Virus record (IMG/VR): IMGVR_UViG_3300032305_003086
Location: 62,599-126,598 of that record
From: a virus
Taxonomy: Duplodnaviria > Caudoviricetes
Length of the DNA stretch: 64,000 bases
Direction: 5' to 3' (one strand)
Position numbers and translations under genes: made by a program. Positions 48,569-58,692 of this stretch are shown here, in pieces; the first letter of the stretch is position 1; the number at the start of each line of letters is the position of its first letter. The notes below the pieces were generated by a model. It was not told the origin of the DNA and ran no database searches. It worked only from the letters and a program-made list of their open reading frames with translations.

Positions 48569-50650
48569 ATGGAAAATCTACTTCTTAAAATTGCTGAAAA
48601 GTTTAATAAAGATCAATTTCAAAAATTAAATGAGGAGATGAGTTTCTCCGAGTATTTATCCTTAGTTTATAGCAAGCCAAAGCTAGCCAGAACAGCATAT
48701 CAATATCTTTATGATATGATTATGAGCAAAGGCACTAAAAAAATTGAAAGATATAGAAAAACATATATTCATTATAATTTTTTCGATAATTCTGAAATTC
48801 CTATTTTTGGCCTAGAAGAAACTCTTCATCAATTAGTTCAGTTTTTTAGAGGTGCTGCTGGTGGGTATGGCCCCGAACGTAGAGTTCTTCTTCTTCATGG
48901 TCCCGTTGGCTCTTCAAAATCCACCATACTCAGATGCATCAAGAGAGGTCTAGAAAAATACTCATTAAGTGACGATGGTGCTTGGTATACTTTCAAATGG
49001 GTAAATTTGCCAACTGGAAAAGAAGATGGCATTTATACCCAAGCAGAAGATGAATCTCCAATGCATGAAGATCCTCTTAAGCTTTTGCCACCTGAAATTA
49101 GAAAGCAATTTGTACTAGAATTAAACGAAATTTATTTGCAACAAACTCTAGAAAAAGAAAAAAATAGTGCTTATAAGCTTAGTGTTGAAGGTGAGCTAGA
49201 TCCAAGATCTAAAAAATTCATGAAAGAGCTTCTTCTCCGATATAAGGGAGATTGGCAAAAGATTGTTGAAGAGCATATTAGAGTTATTCGTAAAACCCAT
49301 TCCGAAACAGATAGAATGGGAATAGCTACATTTCAACCAAAAGATGAAAAAAATCAAGACTCGACAGAATTAACTGGCGATATAAATTGGGGCAAGTTAC
49401 CTCACTTCGGAACAGATTCAGATCCAAGAGCCTTTAATTTTGATGGCGAGTTCTGTGTTGGAAACAGAGGAATAGTTGAATTTATTGAAGTTCTAAAGTT
49501 AGCAAAAGAATTTTTATATGATTTGCTAGGAGCTTCTCAAGAGCGTCAAATTAAGCCTAAGAAATTCCCACAAGTATCAGTTGATACGGTGTTGGTAGGA
49601 CATACCAATAATCCTGAATACGAAAGACTCAAGAATGACCAGACAATGGAAGCTCTCAGAGATCGAACAGTTAAAATTGATGTTCCTTATCTTTTGAGAT
49701 GGAGCGAAGAGCTTAAGATTTTAGAATATTATTACGGCAATGGTAGAGTAAAGCAGCACATTGCTCCTCACACTTTGGAAATAGCTGCTCTTTGGACTGT
49801 TCTAACTAGATTGCAAGATGATAAAGATGGTAAAATTAATTTAGTTGAGAAGGCCAAATTATATGACGGCAAAGCTCTCCCAGGTTGGACCGAAGATTCT
49901 GTTAAGGAATTAAGGGATAAGTATCCCGATGAGGGAATGTTTGTCGGAGTGAGTTGCAGATACACACAAGACAAAATTTCTAATTGTCTTAGTTCTCACT
50001 ACGACTATATAAACTTTTTTATGGTGTTGAATGAATTAAAGTCTGGAATAGAGCATCAATCGCTATTCAATAACGAAGAAGAAAAGGCGAAATATATAGC
50101 TTGTATCGATATGGCCAGAAAAGAGTTAGATCAAATATTAAAGACCGAGGTTCAGAAGGCTTTGGTTGGAGACGAAAACGCAATCGAAAGACTATGCAGT
50201 AATTATATAGATAATTTGATGGCTTATATCGATGGAACAAAAATTAAGAATCCATTCACAGAACAAGATCAAGAGCCGGATGAAAGATTGATGCGGTCCA
50301 TCGAAGAAAAAATTGATATCCCAGAGGTGGGTGCTGACGACTTCAGAAGAGGCATAGCTGGTTTTATCGGGCATTTAGCTCATGCTGGAAAGCAATTCAA
50401 ATGGGATTCAAATCCTCAATTGAAAAAAGCTTTTGAAGCTAAACTTTTTGAAGATACTAAAGACCACATAAAGTTGTCTGCCCTAAATATTAAGGGTGCT
50501 ACTGTGGTTGACAAAGAGATTCAAGAAAAGATCGATGCAGTTAAGTGTCGTTTAATTGAGCAATATGGATATAATCAACAATCAGCAACAGATGTTCTTG
50601 ATTATGTTGGTAGTATTTTTGCCCGTGGCGATGTTGCTGATGAAGACTAA
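48569..50650 (+). CDS. prkA: PrkA/YeaG AAA+ serine protein kinase family
   Basis: LLLHGPVGSSKST, PMHEDPL, PKDEKNQDSTELTG, SDPRAFNFDGE, NRGIVEFIE, EALRDR. Confidence 0.93.
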   Translation: MENLLLKIAEKFNKDQFQKLNEEMSFSEYLSLVYSKPKLARTAYQYLYDMIMSKGTKKIERYRKTYIHYNFFDNSEIPIFGLEETLHQLVQFFRGAAGGYGPERRVLLLHGPVGSSKSTILRCIKRGLEKYSLSDDGAWYTFKWVNLPTGKEDGIYTQAEDESPMHEDPLKLLPPEIRKQFVLELNEIYLQQTLEKEKNSAYKLSVEGELDPRSKKFMKELLLRYKGDWQKIVEEHIRVIRKTHSETDRMGIATFQPKDEKNQDSTELTGDINWGKLPHFGTDSDPRAFNFDGEFCVGNRGIVEFIEVLKLAKEFLYDLLGASQERQIKPKKFPQVSVDTVLVGHTNNPEYERLKNDQTMEALRDRTVKIDVPYLLRWSEELKILEYYYGNGRVKQHIAPHTLEIAALWTVLTRLQDDKDGKINLVEKAKLYDGKALPGWTEDSVKELRDKYPDEGMFVGVSCRYTQDKISNCLSSHYDYINFFMVLNELKSGIEHQSLFNNEEEKAKYIACIDMARKELDQILKTEVQKALVGDENAIERLCSNYIDNLMAYIDGTKIKNPFTEQDQEPDERLMRSIEEKIDIPEVGADDFRRGIAGFIGHLAHAGKQFKWDSNPQLKKAFEAKLFEDTKDHIKLSALNIKGATVVDKEIQEKIDAVKCRLIEQYGYNQQSATDVLDYVGSIFARGDVADED

Positions 50651-50677
50651 TTCATAATTAGGGACATAGGTTAAATA

Positions 50678-51865
50678 ATGCCTCGTAGAATTAATGAAGA
50701 TCACAAAGACTTCCATGATGTATATGGCGGTAGGAAAAGAAAAGAACTTAAAAAATACATCAAGAATGGAAGTATATTTAAAAATCGTGGCAAAAATGGC
50801 AAGATAGTACTAACTATACCCAAGATAGACATTCCACATATTGTTTATGGCGATAATGGAACAGGAGGTATAGGTAGAGGAGAAGGCGAAGACGGCAAGG
50901 TAATTGGAAAAGAAAATGATCAAAATGCTAAAGGAAATAAGGCCGGACAAGATGAAGGCGAAGGAATCGACATTGCTGTAGATCTTGATGAAGTTTTAAA
51001 GTTTATGCAGGAAGAACTTCAACTTCCTGATATGAGGCCAAAGCCAAGTGACACCTATGAAGAAATAATTAAAAAATATAACAATATTTCTTTAGTAGGC
51101 CCAGAGTCGCTAAGACACAATGCCAGAACTCTTAGACAAGCACTAAAACGTCAATGTTCTGATGGATCTATCAATAAGCTACACAACATACCAGGGTTTG
51201 CAAATCCAGTTAAACTTATCACGCCTATAAATAGTGATAAAAGATATAGACAATTCAATGAGGTTAAGTTGCCATCTAGCAACGCTGTTGTTTTTTTTGC
51301 TAGAGATGGATCCGCTTCAATGGATCAATATAAGTGCGATATTGTAAGTGATATGAGTTGGTGGATAGATATTTGGATTAGAAGATTTTATAAAAAAGTA
51401 GAAAGGGTCTATGTTTGGCACGATACTGTAGCCAAAGAAGTAGACGAAAAGAAATTTTACAAGCATCGTTATGGTGGAGGGACCACATGCTCTTCTGCTC
51501 TAAAATTTATTCAAAAAATGTTTGAGAATAGATTTAATCCATCAAAATGGAATATTTATTTATTTTACTTTACTGATGGTGAAAATTGGGATGGTGACAA
51601 TCAACAATTTGTAAAGATACTAAAAGAAGATTTCAATTCTAAAATAGTCAATATGGTCGGAGTAACTCAAATTTTAGCTTGGAATTACGAGGGCAGTCTA
51701 AAGCAGACAATAGATAATTCTTCTTTTTCCAATTTAAAAACTACTCAGGTTTCATTTCCATCTCACCACTCCCCGAACATCACGCAACTATCGGAAGAAG
51801 ATAGAAACACTCAAATAAGAAGTTCGATTATAGATTTATTAGGCAAGGATAAAAAAACATCATGA
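50678..51865 (+). CDS. yeaH: YeaH/YhbH (DUF444) vWA-like protein
   Basis: DGSASM MIDAS, GGGTTCSS, WNIYLFYFTDGENW. Confidence 0.9.
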   Translation: MPRRINEDHKDFHDVYGGRKRKELKKYIKNGSIFKNRGKNGKIVLTIPKIDIPHIVYGDNGTGGIGRGEGEDGKVIGKENDQNAKGNKAGQDEGEGIDIAVDLDEVLKFMQEELQLPDMRPKPSDTYEEIIKKYNNISLVGPESLRHNARTLRQALKRQCSDGSINKLHNIPGFANPVKLITPINSDKRYRQFNEVKLPSSNAVVFFARDGSASMDQYKCDIVSDMSWWIDIWIRRFYKKVERVYVWHDTVAKEVDEKKFYKHRYGGGTTCSSALKFIQKMFENRFNPSKWNIYLFYFTDGENWDGDNQQFVKILKEDFNSKIVNMVGVTQILAWNYEGSLKQTIDNSSFSNLKTTQVSFPSHHSPNITQLSEEDRNTQIRSSIIDLLGKDKKTS

Positions 51866-53490
51866 GCAATAATAAATCAGATAAGTTTATGCATGGATCT
51901 CCTGTTCTAATGGGAGACAATACAATTCCGGGCGTTTCTATACCCTCTAATTTAAAAAAATTATTACCAGAAATCTATAAAAAAGTTAGTGAATTCGGAT
52001 GTGATTTTCACCCAACCGTTGTTGAAATGCTAACTTATGATGAGATAAGCGAGATAGCAGCCTACGGGGGTTTTCCTGTTAGATATCCCCATTGGAAGTG
52101 GGGAATGGAATACGAAGAGTTGCAACGTGGATATATGAATGGACTTCATAAAATATATGAAATGGTTGTTAATACGAACCCAGTATACCTTTATTGTCTT
52201 GATTCAAATACTCTTGTGGACAATGTTACTGTTGTTGCACATGCGTTAGGTCATGCCGACTTCTTTAAAAATAATATTTATTTTTCTCAAACTAGCCAAA
52301 ATATGATGAACCAATTGGCGAATCATGGAACTAGAATTAGAAAATATATGAGTCGTTGGGGCAAGGAAAGAGTCATTGAATTTATTGATCATGTTTTGCG
52401 CATAGAAACACTTATAGATTTTTCTAAAGCCTGGGAAAGAAAAAAAGTAAAAAATCCTATAATTAAAGATCATAGAAAATATAGACATCCGAACAGATTG
52501 AAAACAAAAGAAGATCATGATTACATGGAGGATTATCTAAATCCAGAAGAATGGATGTATGATCAAAAAGAAAGAATTGATAAAATTGAAGCTGCTGAAT
52601 ATTTAGATATTTTTACAAGTTCAACTAAAGATATAATGAGGTTTATTAGGGATTGTGCTCCTCTTAAGCCATGGGAAGCGGATATAGTCGCGATGCTTTA
52701 TGATGAAAGCATGTATTTCGCTCCCCAAAGACTAACTAAGACAATCAACGAAGGTTGGGCTAGTTATGTAGATTACAACATTATGTCTCGTCAAGGCTTT
52801 AGTGCTTTAGGCCAAGATCATGAAAGTTCCGGCATAGTCGAATATTCCGCCCACAAAATGGGAGTTCTTGGTGGAAGATATAGTATGAATCCTTATAAAT
52901 TAGGATTCTGTTTGTTCATGGATATTGAAGAAAGATGGAATAAAGGTCAATTCGGAACAGACTGGGAACAATGTGAAGATATAAAAGAAAAAGAAAATTG
53001 GGATAAAAAATTAAATTTAGGAAATGAAAAGGTTTTCGAAGTTAGAAAATTTTATAATGATTTGACTCTAATTTTAGAATATTTTACTCCTGAGTTTTGT
53101 GAAAAACATGAATTCTTCGAATGGAAAAAATATCCTAATGGCGAATACAAGATAGAAAGCAGAGATCACGCTAAGATTAAGAAAAAGCTAATTTCTAGAT
53201 ATACCAATGGCGGATTGCCTGAAATTCTACTATCAGATAGTAATCACAAGGGGAAGGGAATATTATTTTTAGAACATAAGTTTGACGGCAGACCCCTGTA
53301 TGATCCCTATATAAGGCCCGTATTGCAATCCCTAAGGTATTTGTGGAAAAATGACGTATGTTTGTCAACCAAGACCTCAGATGGCACAGAATTGATTTAT
53401 AAGTGTTTTGGAGAGGATACTATTGATGTTGTCGATAGAGAACAATATTTAGGCAAAAAAGACGACTTTGATTTTTATAGCGGTTATTAA
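51862..53490 (+). CDS. spoVR: SpoVR/YcgB family protein
   Basis: GFPVRYPHWKWG, YEMVVN, AHALGHADFFKNN, TKTINEGWASY, NPYKLG. Confidence 0.92.
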   Translation: MSNNKSDKFMHGSPVLMGDNTIPGVSIPSNLKKLLPEIYKKVSEFGCDFHPTVVEMLTYDEISEIAAYGGFPVRYPHWKWGMEYEELQRGYMNGLHKIYEMVVNTNPVYLYCLDSNTLVDNVTVVAHALGHADFFKNNIYFSQTSQNMMNQLANHGTRIRKYMSRWGKERVIEFIDHVLRIETLIDFSKAWERKKVKNPIIKDHRKYRHPNRLKTKEDHDYMEDYLNPEEWMYDQKERIDKIEAAEYLDIFTSSTKDIMRFIRDCAPLKPWEADIVAMLYDESMYFAPQRLTKTINEGWASYVDYNIMSRQGFSALGQDHESSGIVEYSAHKMGVLGGRYSMNPYKLGFCLFMDIEERWNKGQFGTDWEQCEDIKEKENWDKKLNLGNEKVFEVRKFYNDLTLILEYFTPEFCEKHEFFEWKKYPNGEYKIESRDHAKIKKKLISRYTNGGLPEILLSDSNHKGKGILFLEHKFDGRPLYDPYIRPVLQSLRYLWKNDVCLSTKTSDGTELIYKCFGEDTIDVVDREQYLGKKDDFDFYSGY

Positions 53491-53548
53491 ATTAATAATT
53501 AAATATTAATAAAAATCATTTTATTTATTTTGTTATATTATGGTTTGT

Positions 53549-53597
53549 AAAAGGTCTAAATACAGTTGAGTTTTAACCTGCATTTAGACCTTTTTTT
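53549..53597 (+). terminator. terminator-like hairpin abutting the clpP start, with TAAATA in the 5' arm
   Basis: AAAAGGTCTAAATACAG/CTGCATTTAGACCTTTT stem plus T run ending immediately before ATG 53598. Confidence 0.7.
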
Positions 53598-54302
53598 ATG
53601 AGCCAAAATCTAACGCCAAGAAAAGTAACCATAGAGCAATTGATTAGTGACATTCATGTTCACAATCTGAATCATCAGTCTAGAGAGATTTATTTGCATG
53701 GTTATTTAGATGTTTCCGAAGAAGATGAGCCGGGTGTTGATTATAGAATGGCTACGGCATTTATAAAAAATCTTCATATTCTAGAAGCCCAGAATCATCA
53801 AAACATATTGCTTCACATGCATACAATTGGTGGAAATTGGGCTGATGGAATGGCCATGTTTAACTCTATTAGATTGGCAAGATCGCCAGCTACGATATTA
53901 TCTTATGCTCAAGCATCTTCTATGAGTGGAATTATTTTACAATCAGCAGACAAAAGAGTTTTAATGCCCGATTGTGAAGTGATGATCCATCACGGATCTA
54001 TAGCTATAAGCGATAATACTATGGCGGCAAAGTCTGCGATTGATCAAAATGAAAGATATTGTAAAAGAATGTTACAAATTTTTGCTCAAAGAGCAATATT
54101 GGGAAAATATTTTAAAGATAGAAATTATGGTCTTAAAAAGACAATGAGTTTTATTGATTCAAAAATAAAACAGAGTTCGGATTGGTACCTAAACGCAGAA
54201 GAGGCAGTTTATTACGGTTTTGCTGATGGAATACTAGGAGAAAAGGGTTTTGAGTCTTTGGCTAAGATAAGATCAGGTAGAAAGAAAATTGATTTTAATT
54301 AA
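53598..54302 (+). CDS. clpP: ClpP-family serine protease
   Basis: TIGG, ASSM (Ser), MIHH (His), DWYLNAEEAVYYGFAD (Asp). Confidence 0.85.
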   Translation: MSQNLTPRKVTIEQLISDIHVHNLNHQSREIYLHGYLDVSEEDEPGVDYRMATAFIKNLHILEAQNHQNILLHMHTIGGNWADGMAMFNSIRLARSPATILSYAQASSMSGIILQSADKRVLMPDCEVMIHHGSIAISDNTMAAKSAIDQNERYCKRMLQIFAQRAILGKYFKDRNYGLKKTMSFIDSKIKQSSDWYLNAEEAVYYGFADGILGEKGFESLAKIRSGRKKIDFN

Positions 54303-55053
54303 AATTATTTGAACTAGTCATTGTTGGAGTTGGCGTGACTGTTTGTGTAGGTTCAGGTAAATTTTGATCAACGAATCCAAAACAAACTGTGCAGTAGAAT
54401 TCACTACGGGTATAGTTAAAAGAAACGCTACTTACTATTCCATCTATTCTAATTATATTGAACCCTTCTGTCCCTGTAAATTGGCTATATTGAGTGGCAT
54501 TTACCGGATTTTGATATGTGGTAGCCGTACTCCAAATCGGAGTAAAAGGTGCTGAAACTTGAACCGGAACAGAAAGACTTGGGTTTCCAACACTAGCAAA
54601 AGTAACTAAAGCATCCGTTACAGGTTGGCTAAAAGTTACAGTAAAAGTACCGGCTTGACTATTTAAAATTTGCGTTCCATTAAATGGAATTCCATATTCT
54701 GCTGGGAATACATTAGCGTTATACATGCCAGTATGATTGCTCATACCCCCACCAGTTTGAACAATTGAAATCGTAATGCCATTTTGTCCGACGCCAGATG
54801 CTGTACTTGAGTTGACAGAGTTAATTGTCATCCATTGATACCCAGAAGAGCCAAAAACCGGCACTGTTGTAGGGGTAGGAGTTGGTGTTCTTGTTTGTGT
54901 TCTTGTTGGTGTAGGAGTTGGTGCAGACTTATAAATAGAAGGAATATTTTCTGGTATCTTGTATAATCTCTTATTCCACAGTCTTATCGACAAAGAAGAA
55001 TTTTTTCTTTGGCCAGATTTGTTATTTAAATTATTATGCCCGTGAGATTTCAT
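54295..55053 (-). CDS. virion/surface protein with Pro-Thr linkers
   Basis: PTPTPT linkers flanking a beta-rich domain. Confidence 0.55.
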   Translation of the reverse strand: MKSHGHNNLNNKSGQRKNSSLSIRLWNKRLYKIPENIPSIYKSAPTPTPTRTQTRTPTPTPTTVPVFGSSGYQWMTINSVNSSTASGVGQNGITISIVQTGGGMSNHTGMYNANVFPAEYGIPFNGTQILNSQAGTFTVTFSQPVTDALVTFASVGNPSLSVPVQVSAPFTPIWSTATTYQNPVNATQYSQFTGTEGFNIIRIDGIVSSVSFNYTRSEFYCTVCFGFVDQNLPEPTQTVTPTPTMTSSNNFN

Positions 55054-55063
55054 TGGATTTCGT

Positions 55064-55888
55064 CTAAGCTGTAGGAGGATTAATCAAGTCTAAATCAGTC
55101 AATACATGCGGAATCTCTGTTACTTTTGAGGGATTTGAATTTGTTCCTGTAAATTCATAATTTATTTTTCTTGCAAAATCACCAACAACTGCTCCAGCGG
55201 GGTATTCAATAATTTGAATTATTCTGTCATTCCCATCCACAGTTATTTTTTGAAAGGTGAATAATCCTGCTCCTCGACCTTTTAGTAGCTGCCAATCAGC
55301 TTTCATATCGCCAGGAACATATCCCGCATTTTCTATGATTGCTTGATCAATAAGATTTGTTTCATCCAATTTAATTAATAGGCCAACTGAATCTTCAAAA
55401 TTATTTATATTTTCTACTGTGTGCCTTTCGAAGTAATTTGGCAGCTCTGCAACTCCTGCTTTTTTATTGAAACCTAAAACTTGTTCAGCCCCTGAGTTTC
55501 CAAAATAAAATTTAAAATTCTTTGCTGTTTTTTTTGAGATTAGAACTGAGTCTCCGGCTTCTATTTTTGAAACGCCAGCAGAAAACATAGCAGAAAACAT
55601 AGGATCTAAATTCAATGCATTTGCAACTTCTGCTGCTTTTGTTTCGTTCGCCGTAGTTCCTGCGACATTTATAGACACTTTTGTCCAACTCTTGAAATCA
55701 GGATCCCAAGCAAAATTAAATTCTAATAAATTATTTGATGACAAATCATAAGGAGCTGTATTCCAAGCTATTTGCTTTGATTGCAAATTTCTATTAGGAG
55801 CTACTTTAAATGTAGGAGCCATTTTTCTATCAGCTAAAACTAGGTAGCCTTGATATTCTTGGTCGAACAAGTTTTGAAAAAATCCCAT
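55064..55888 (-). CDS. putative virion structural protein
   Basis: GAGG RBS, TATATA upstream; tail-sheath-like A.EVANALN segment. Confidence 0.5.
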   Translation of the reverse strand: MGFFQNLFDQEYQGYLVLADRKMAPTFKVAPNRNLQSKQIAWNTAPYDLSSNNLLEFNFAWDPDFKSWTKVSINVAGTTANETKAAEVANALNLDPMFSAMFSAGVSKIEAGDSVLISKKTAKNFKFYFGNSGAEQVLGFNKKAGVAELPNYFERHTVENINNFEDSVGLLIKLDETNLIDQAIIENAGYVPGDMKADWQLLKGRGAGLFTFQKITVDGNDRIIQIIEYPAGAVVGDFARKINYEFTGTNSNPSKVTEIPHVLTDLDLINPPTA

Positions 55889-56028
55889 TTTTACCCTCTA
55901 TTTGAAGTGTCTTTCTTATATATTCAATAAATTGTCTTTTATTATTAAAAAACTATTTGTTGCAAATTTGCTTAGTTATCACTAATATAAGCAAGAGAAC
56001 AATTTATTTTAGTACGAGGTTTAATTTT

Positions 56029-56238
56029 ATGAATGAAGTAGAATTATTATTAACTGAAGAATTTGCTGTTTTCAGTAAAGCTGTAGCTGTTATACATGAA
56101 GAAAAAAAATCACTAGAAGAAGAATTTAAGAAGTATTTTGAAGATTACAAAACTAAAAAGACAACTTTAGAAAATAAAGTTTCTGCTGCTAGTGCAAAAT
56201 GGGAAGATTGGAAAAAGAAGCAATTAAGTAAAACCTAG
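56029..56238 (+). CDS. small coiled-coil protein
   Basis: GAGGT RBS before ATG 56029. Confidence 0.55.
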   Translation: MNEVELLLTEEFAVFSKAVAVIHEEKKSLEEEFKKYFEDYKTKKTTLENKVSAASAKWEDWKKKQLSKT

Positions 56239-57476
56239 CCGTTTATGGCAAACCAGCCTGAAAAGCTTAAAGATTCAGCCTGAATTAGGTCTCCTAATTC
56301 GCTTATCATGAAGTTTCTTATTTCATGAAGCCAACTTCTTAAATTGGCTTCTGTCGCTTGTATCCCGTGGTCTTGACTTAGTTTCAATCCCAAAGCAGGC
56401 AGATCAATTTTATCAGAAAGATCTCCGCTTTTTAGTTGCTTAAACATTGGTCCAATTTCTAGATTTTGTGGAATTTCTATTACTCCATTTCTATAGCAAT
56501 CAAGACCTAAACTTGTGCAAAAAGCTGCAACTTTTTTAGGATCTTTTGTTTTTAATTTTTCTAAGCTATTTCTTATTCTTAGTACAAGCTCTTGATTTGC
56601 CAACTCACGAGAAGGCTCACCAGATAAAGTTCCTGCATGTTTTATTGTGTCTTTATATGAATCTTCATCGCTTGAATTATGTCTAGTTCCATAAGATATT
56701 TCTTTTCTTTTTCTTCTATAGTTGTCGGTTTTAGCATTTACTATTGAGGCTGTAATAAATTTAATCACAGCGGATCCCGCACTATCTACCAAAGGAGCGG
56801 GATTTGACCAATCGCTGACTTTATTGCTTTTTGTCACTACTCTTTTTGTTAGACTGTTGGCTATTTTTTCTAAAGAATCACTGAGGTCTTCAAAGCTATA
56901 TCTTTCTGGATTTGATTTTGCATAAAAAGCAAATGTTTTGTATATATTTTCTAATAATTCTTTTCTGAATTCTTTTAATTTTTTAGATCTTAAAAATTGT
57001 ATTCTCGTTGCTGGCACATCATTTCCCTTTTCTTCTTTTGCTATTTTGTATGCCTCCATGACATCAGCGGTATTATATCCTAATTTATTCATTATTCGAG
57101 TGGCTTCACTCACGAAATCCGGACTGCTTGGATTTAGTCTGTTGAGTTTATTTACCAATGTTCTTCTACTAAGCATTGCTTTGTATCTTAGATTGAACAT
57201 CGATTCTCTTGTGCTTCTTATTAGATTTTTTTTATTTCTTTTTTCTGTTTCTTCTTCATTTTCGCCATCATAAACCCTAGTGGGTTCTATATTTTCGTCT
57301 CCATCTGCAAAAGGATCAGGAATTTCAACTGGGCCTTCGTCTTCAACTGGGTCTTCATCTTCACTATCAAAATTTTCTAAAATATTTATTGAATTTTTTA
57401 TATCTAAAAGAATTTTTTCTAAAAGATTTATGCTTTCGTTATTTTTGTTTGATTTGACCCAATTTGAAAACTTCAT
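56235..57476 (-). CDS. capsid-targeting-motif protein with ECF sigma-like C-terminal half
   Basis: MKFSNWV N-terminus; KFITASIVNAKTDNYRRK (region 2-like) and LRIRNSLEKL...TEANLRSWLHEIRNFM (region 4-like). Confidence 0.45.
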   Translation of the reverse strand: MKFSNWVKSNKNNESINLLEKILLDIKNSINILENFDSEDEDPVEDEGPVEIPDPFADGDENIEPTRVYDGENEEETEKRNKKNLIRSTRESMFNLRYKAMLSRRTLVNKLNRLNPSSPDFVSEATRIMNKLGYNTADVMEAYKIAKEEKGNDVPATRIQFLRSKKLKEFRKELLENIYKTFAFYAKSNPERYSFEDLSDSLEKIANSLTKRVVTKSNKVSDWSNPAPLVDSAGSAVIKFITASIVNAKTDNYRRKRKEISYGTRHNSSDEDSYKDTIKHAGTLSGEPSRELANQELVLRIRNSLEKLKTKDPKKVAAFCTSLGLDCYRNGVIEIPQNLEIGPMFKQLKSGDLSDKIDLPALGLKLSQDHGIQATEANLRSWLHEIRNFMISELGDLIQAESLSFSGWFAING

Positions 57477-57546
57477 AAATTTACCTATTTTGATTGATTA
57501 ATAATTATATATTACACGAAAAAATATTTTCATACTTTAATAAAGT

Positions 57547-57816
57547 ATGAATTTTCTTAGACTTATTTTTTCAAATATTGAAAAAATGAAATCATCTATT
57601 AATAATAACTACTGTTTATTTTGTAGAACAGAGATAATTGATAAAAACCACTTTTGCAAGGAATTAGAAGAAGTAGGCGATAAAATAGTTGATTTTTATT
57701 TTAAATTAGAAGATCCCGAAAAAAAGGAAGTTATTGAGGGTTTAAATAATAATATTATTAAAAATCAAGAATTTTCTGAAAATATTAGAAACAAAATATT
57801 AGCTTATAGTTTATGA
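57547..57816 (+). CDS. hypothetical protein
   Basis: CLFC...HFC. Confidence 0.45.
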   Translation: MNFLRLIFSNIEKMKSSINNNYCLFCRTEIIDKNHFCKELEEVGDKIVDFYFKLEDPEKKEVIEGLNNNIIKNQEFSENIRNKILAYSL

Positions 57817-57948
57817 CATGCAAATTATTTTTGCACACACTTTACATTCTCCTTTTCCAGCCTATAATAATTTCGAAGCATCAAGAATGCAACCGAGCCT
57901 AAAAGGCCACGGTGCTTGCTGACCAGCAATGGTTGGGATGTGCGTGGG

Positions 57949-58224
57949 ATGGACCCACGAAAATCGCGGATTTTCCGCCTTATTGGTGCATTCCCATTCT
58001 GGAGAGTGCAAATGTCCCCTAGATTTCAACTGTCTGAAGAAGACCATCTTCTTGACAAAATTTATAAGTATATTGATTCTGCTGCAAAAACTTCCATAAA
58101 TCATCCAAATTCAGTGGATGAAATTGTTTTGTGGTGTTGTAGAGATGTTATTAGAGAGGTAATTAATCACAACACAATACGCTCTAGACCGATTATTTTT
58201 TGTGATGAATTTTCTAACAACTAA
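57949..58224 (+). CDS. hypothetical protein
   Basis: ATG 57949, downstream of TATAAT near 57863. Confidence 0.5.
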   Translation: MDPRKSRIFRLIGAFPFWRVQMSPRFQLSEEDHLLDKIYKYIDSAAKTSINHPNSVDEIVLWCCRDVIREVINHNTIRSRPIIFCDEFSNN

Positions 58225-58238
58225 AAGGAGAAATTATC

Positions 58239-58670
58239 ATGAGCAAATCAATTTGGTTTGGCCGAGAAACCTTTTATCCTGATTTCAAGCCGATTTATGA
58301 AATTGTTAGATTTGAACAAGATGAAATTTTTATTATCCCTCACGTTTGGGATAAGGAGAGGAGTGTTGATGTTCTAATAGAAACTTATGTTTTCCACATC
58401 TGCACAGGCTTAAATAAATCAATTTCACATGTGAGGCAAGGAGGTTATAAACTTATTTTTGGATTTAGAAATGAAACGGGCCATGAATGGAAATTAGCTG
58501 AGTATGAATTCTCTCATGTTGGCAAGGGGGGAGGATGTATCTGTCCCTCAATATACAAATATCGTTTCCAAGAATACCAAGGAGAATTTCCTGAAGAGTC
58601 TGATGTTACCGGATTTCCATCGTCATCTTTATTAGATGATAAGGCTTTTCTTGAAAAATATACGTACTGA
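58239..58670 (+). CDS. paralog family member A (YEIVR...GFPSSSL)
   Basis: AAGGAG RBS; shares conserved termini with the three downstream ORFs. Confidence 0.7.
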   Translation: MSKSIWFGRETFYPDFKPIYEIVRFEQDEIFIIPHVWDKERSVDVLIETYVFHICTGLNKSISHVRQGGYKLIFGFRNETGHEWKLAEYEFSHVGKGGGCICPSIYKYRFQEYQGEFPEESDVTGFPSSSLLDDKAFLEKYTY

Positions 58671-58692
58671 ACAATTAACAAAGGAGACAAAA

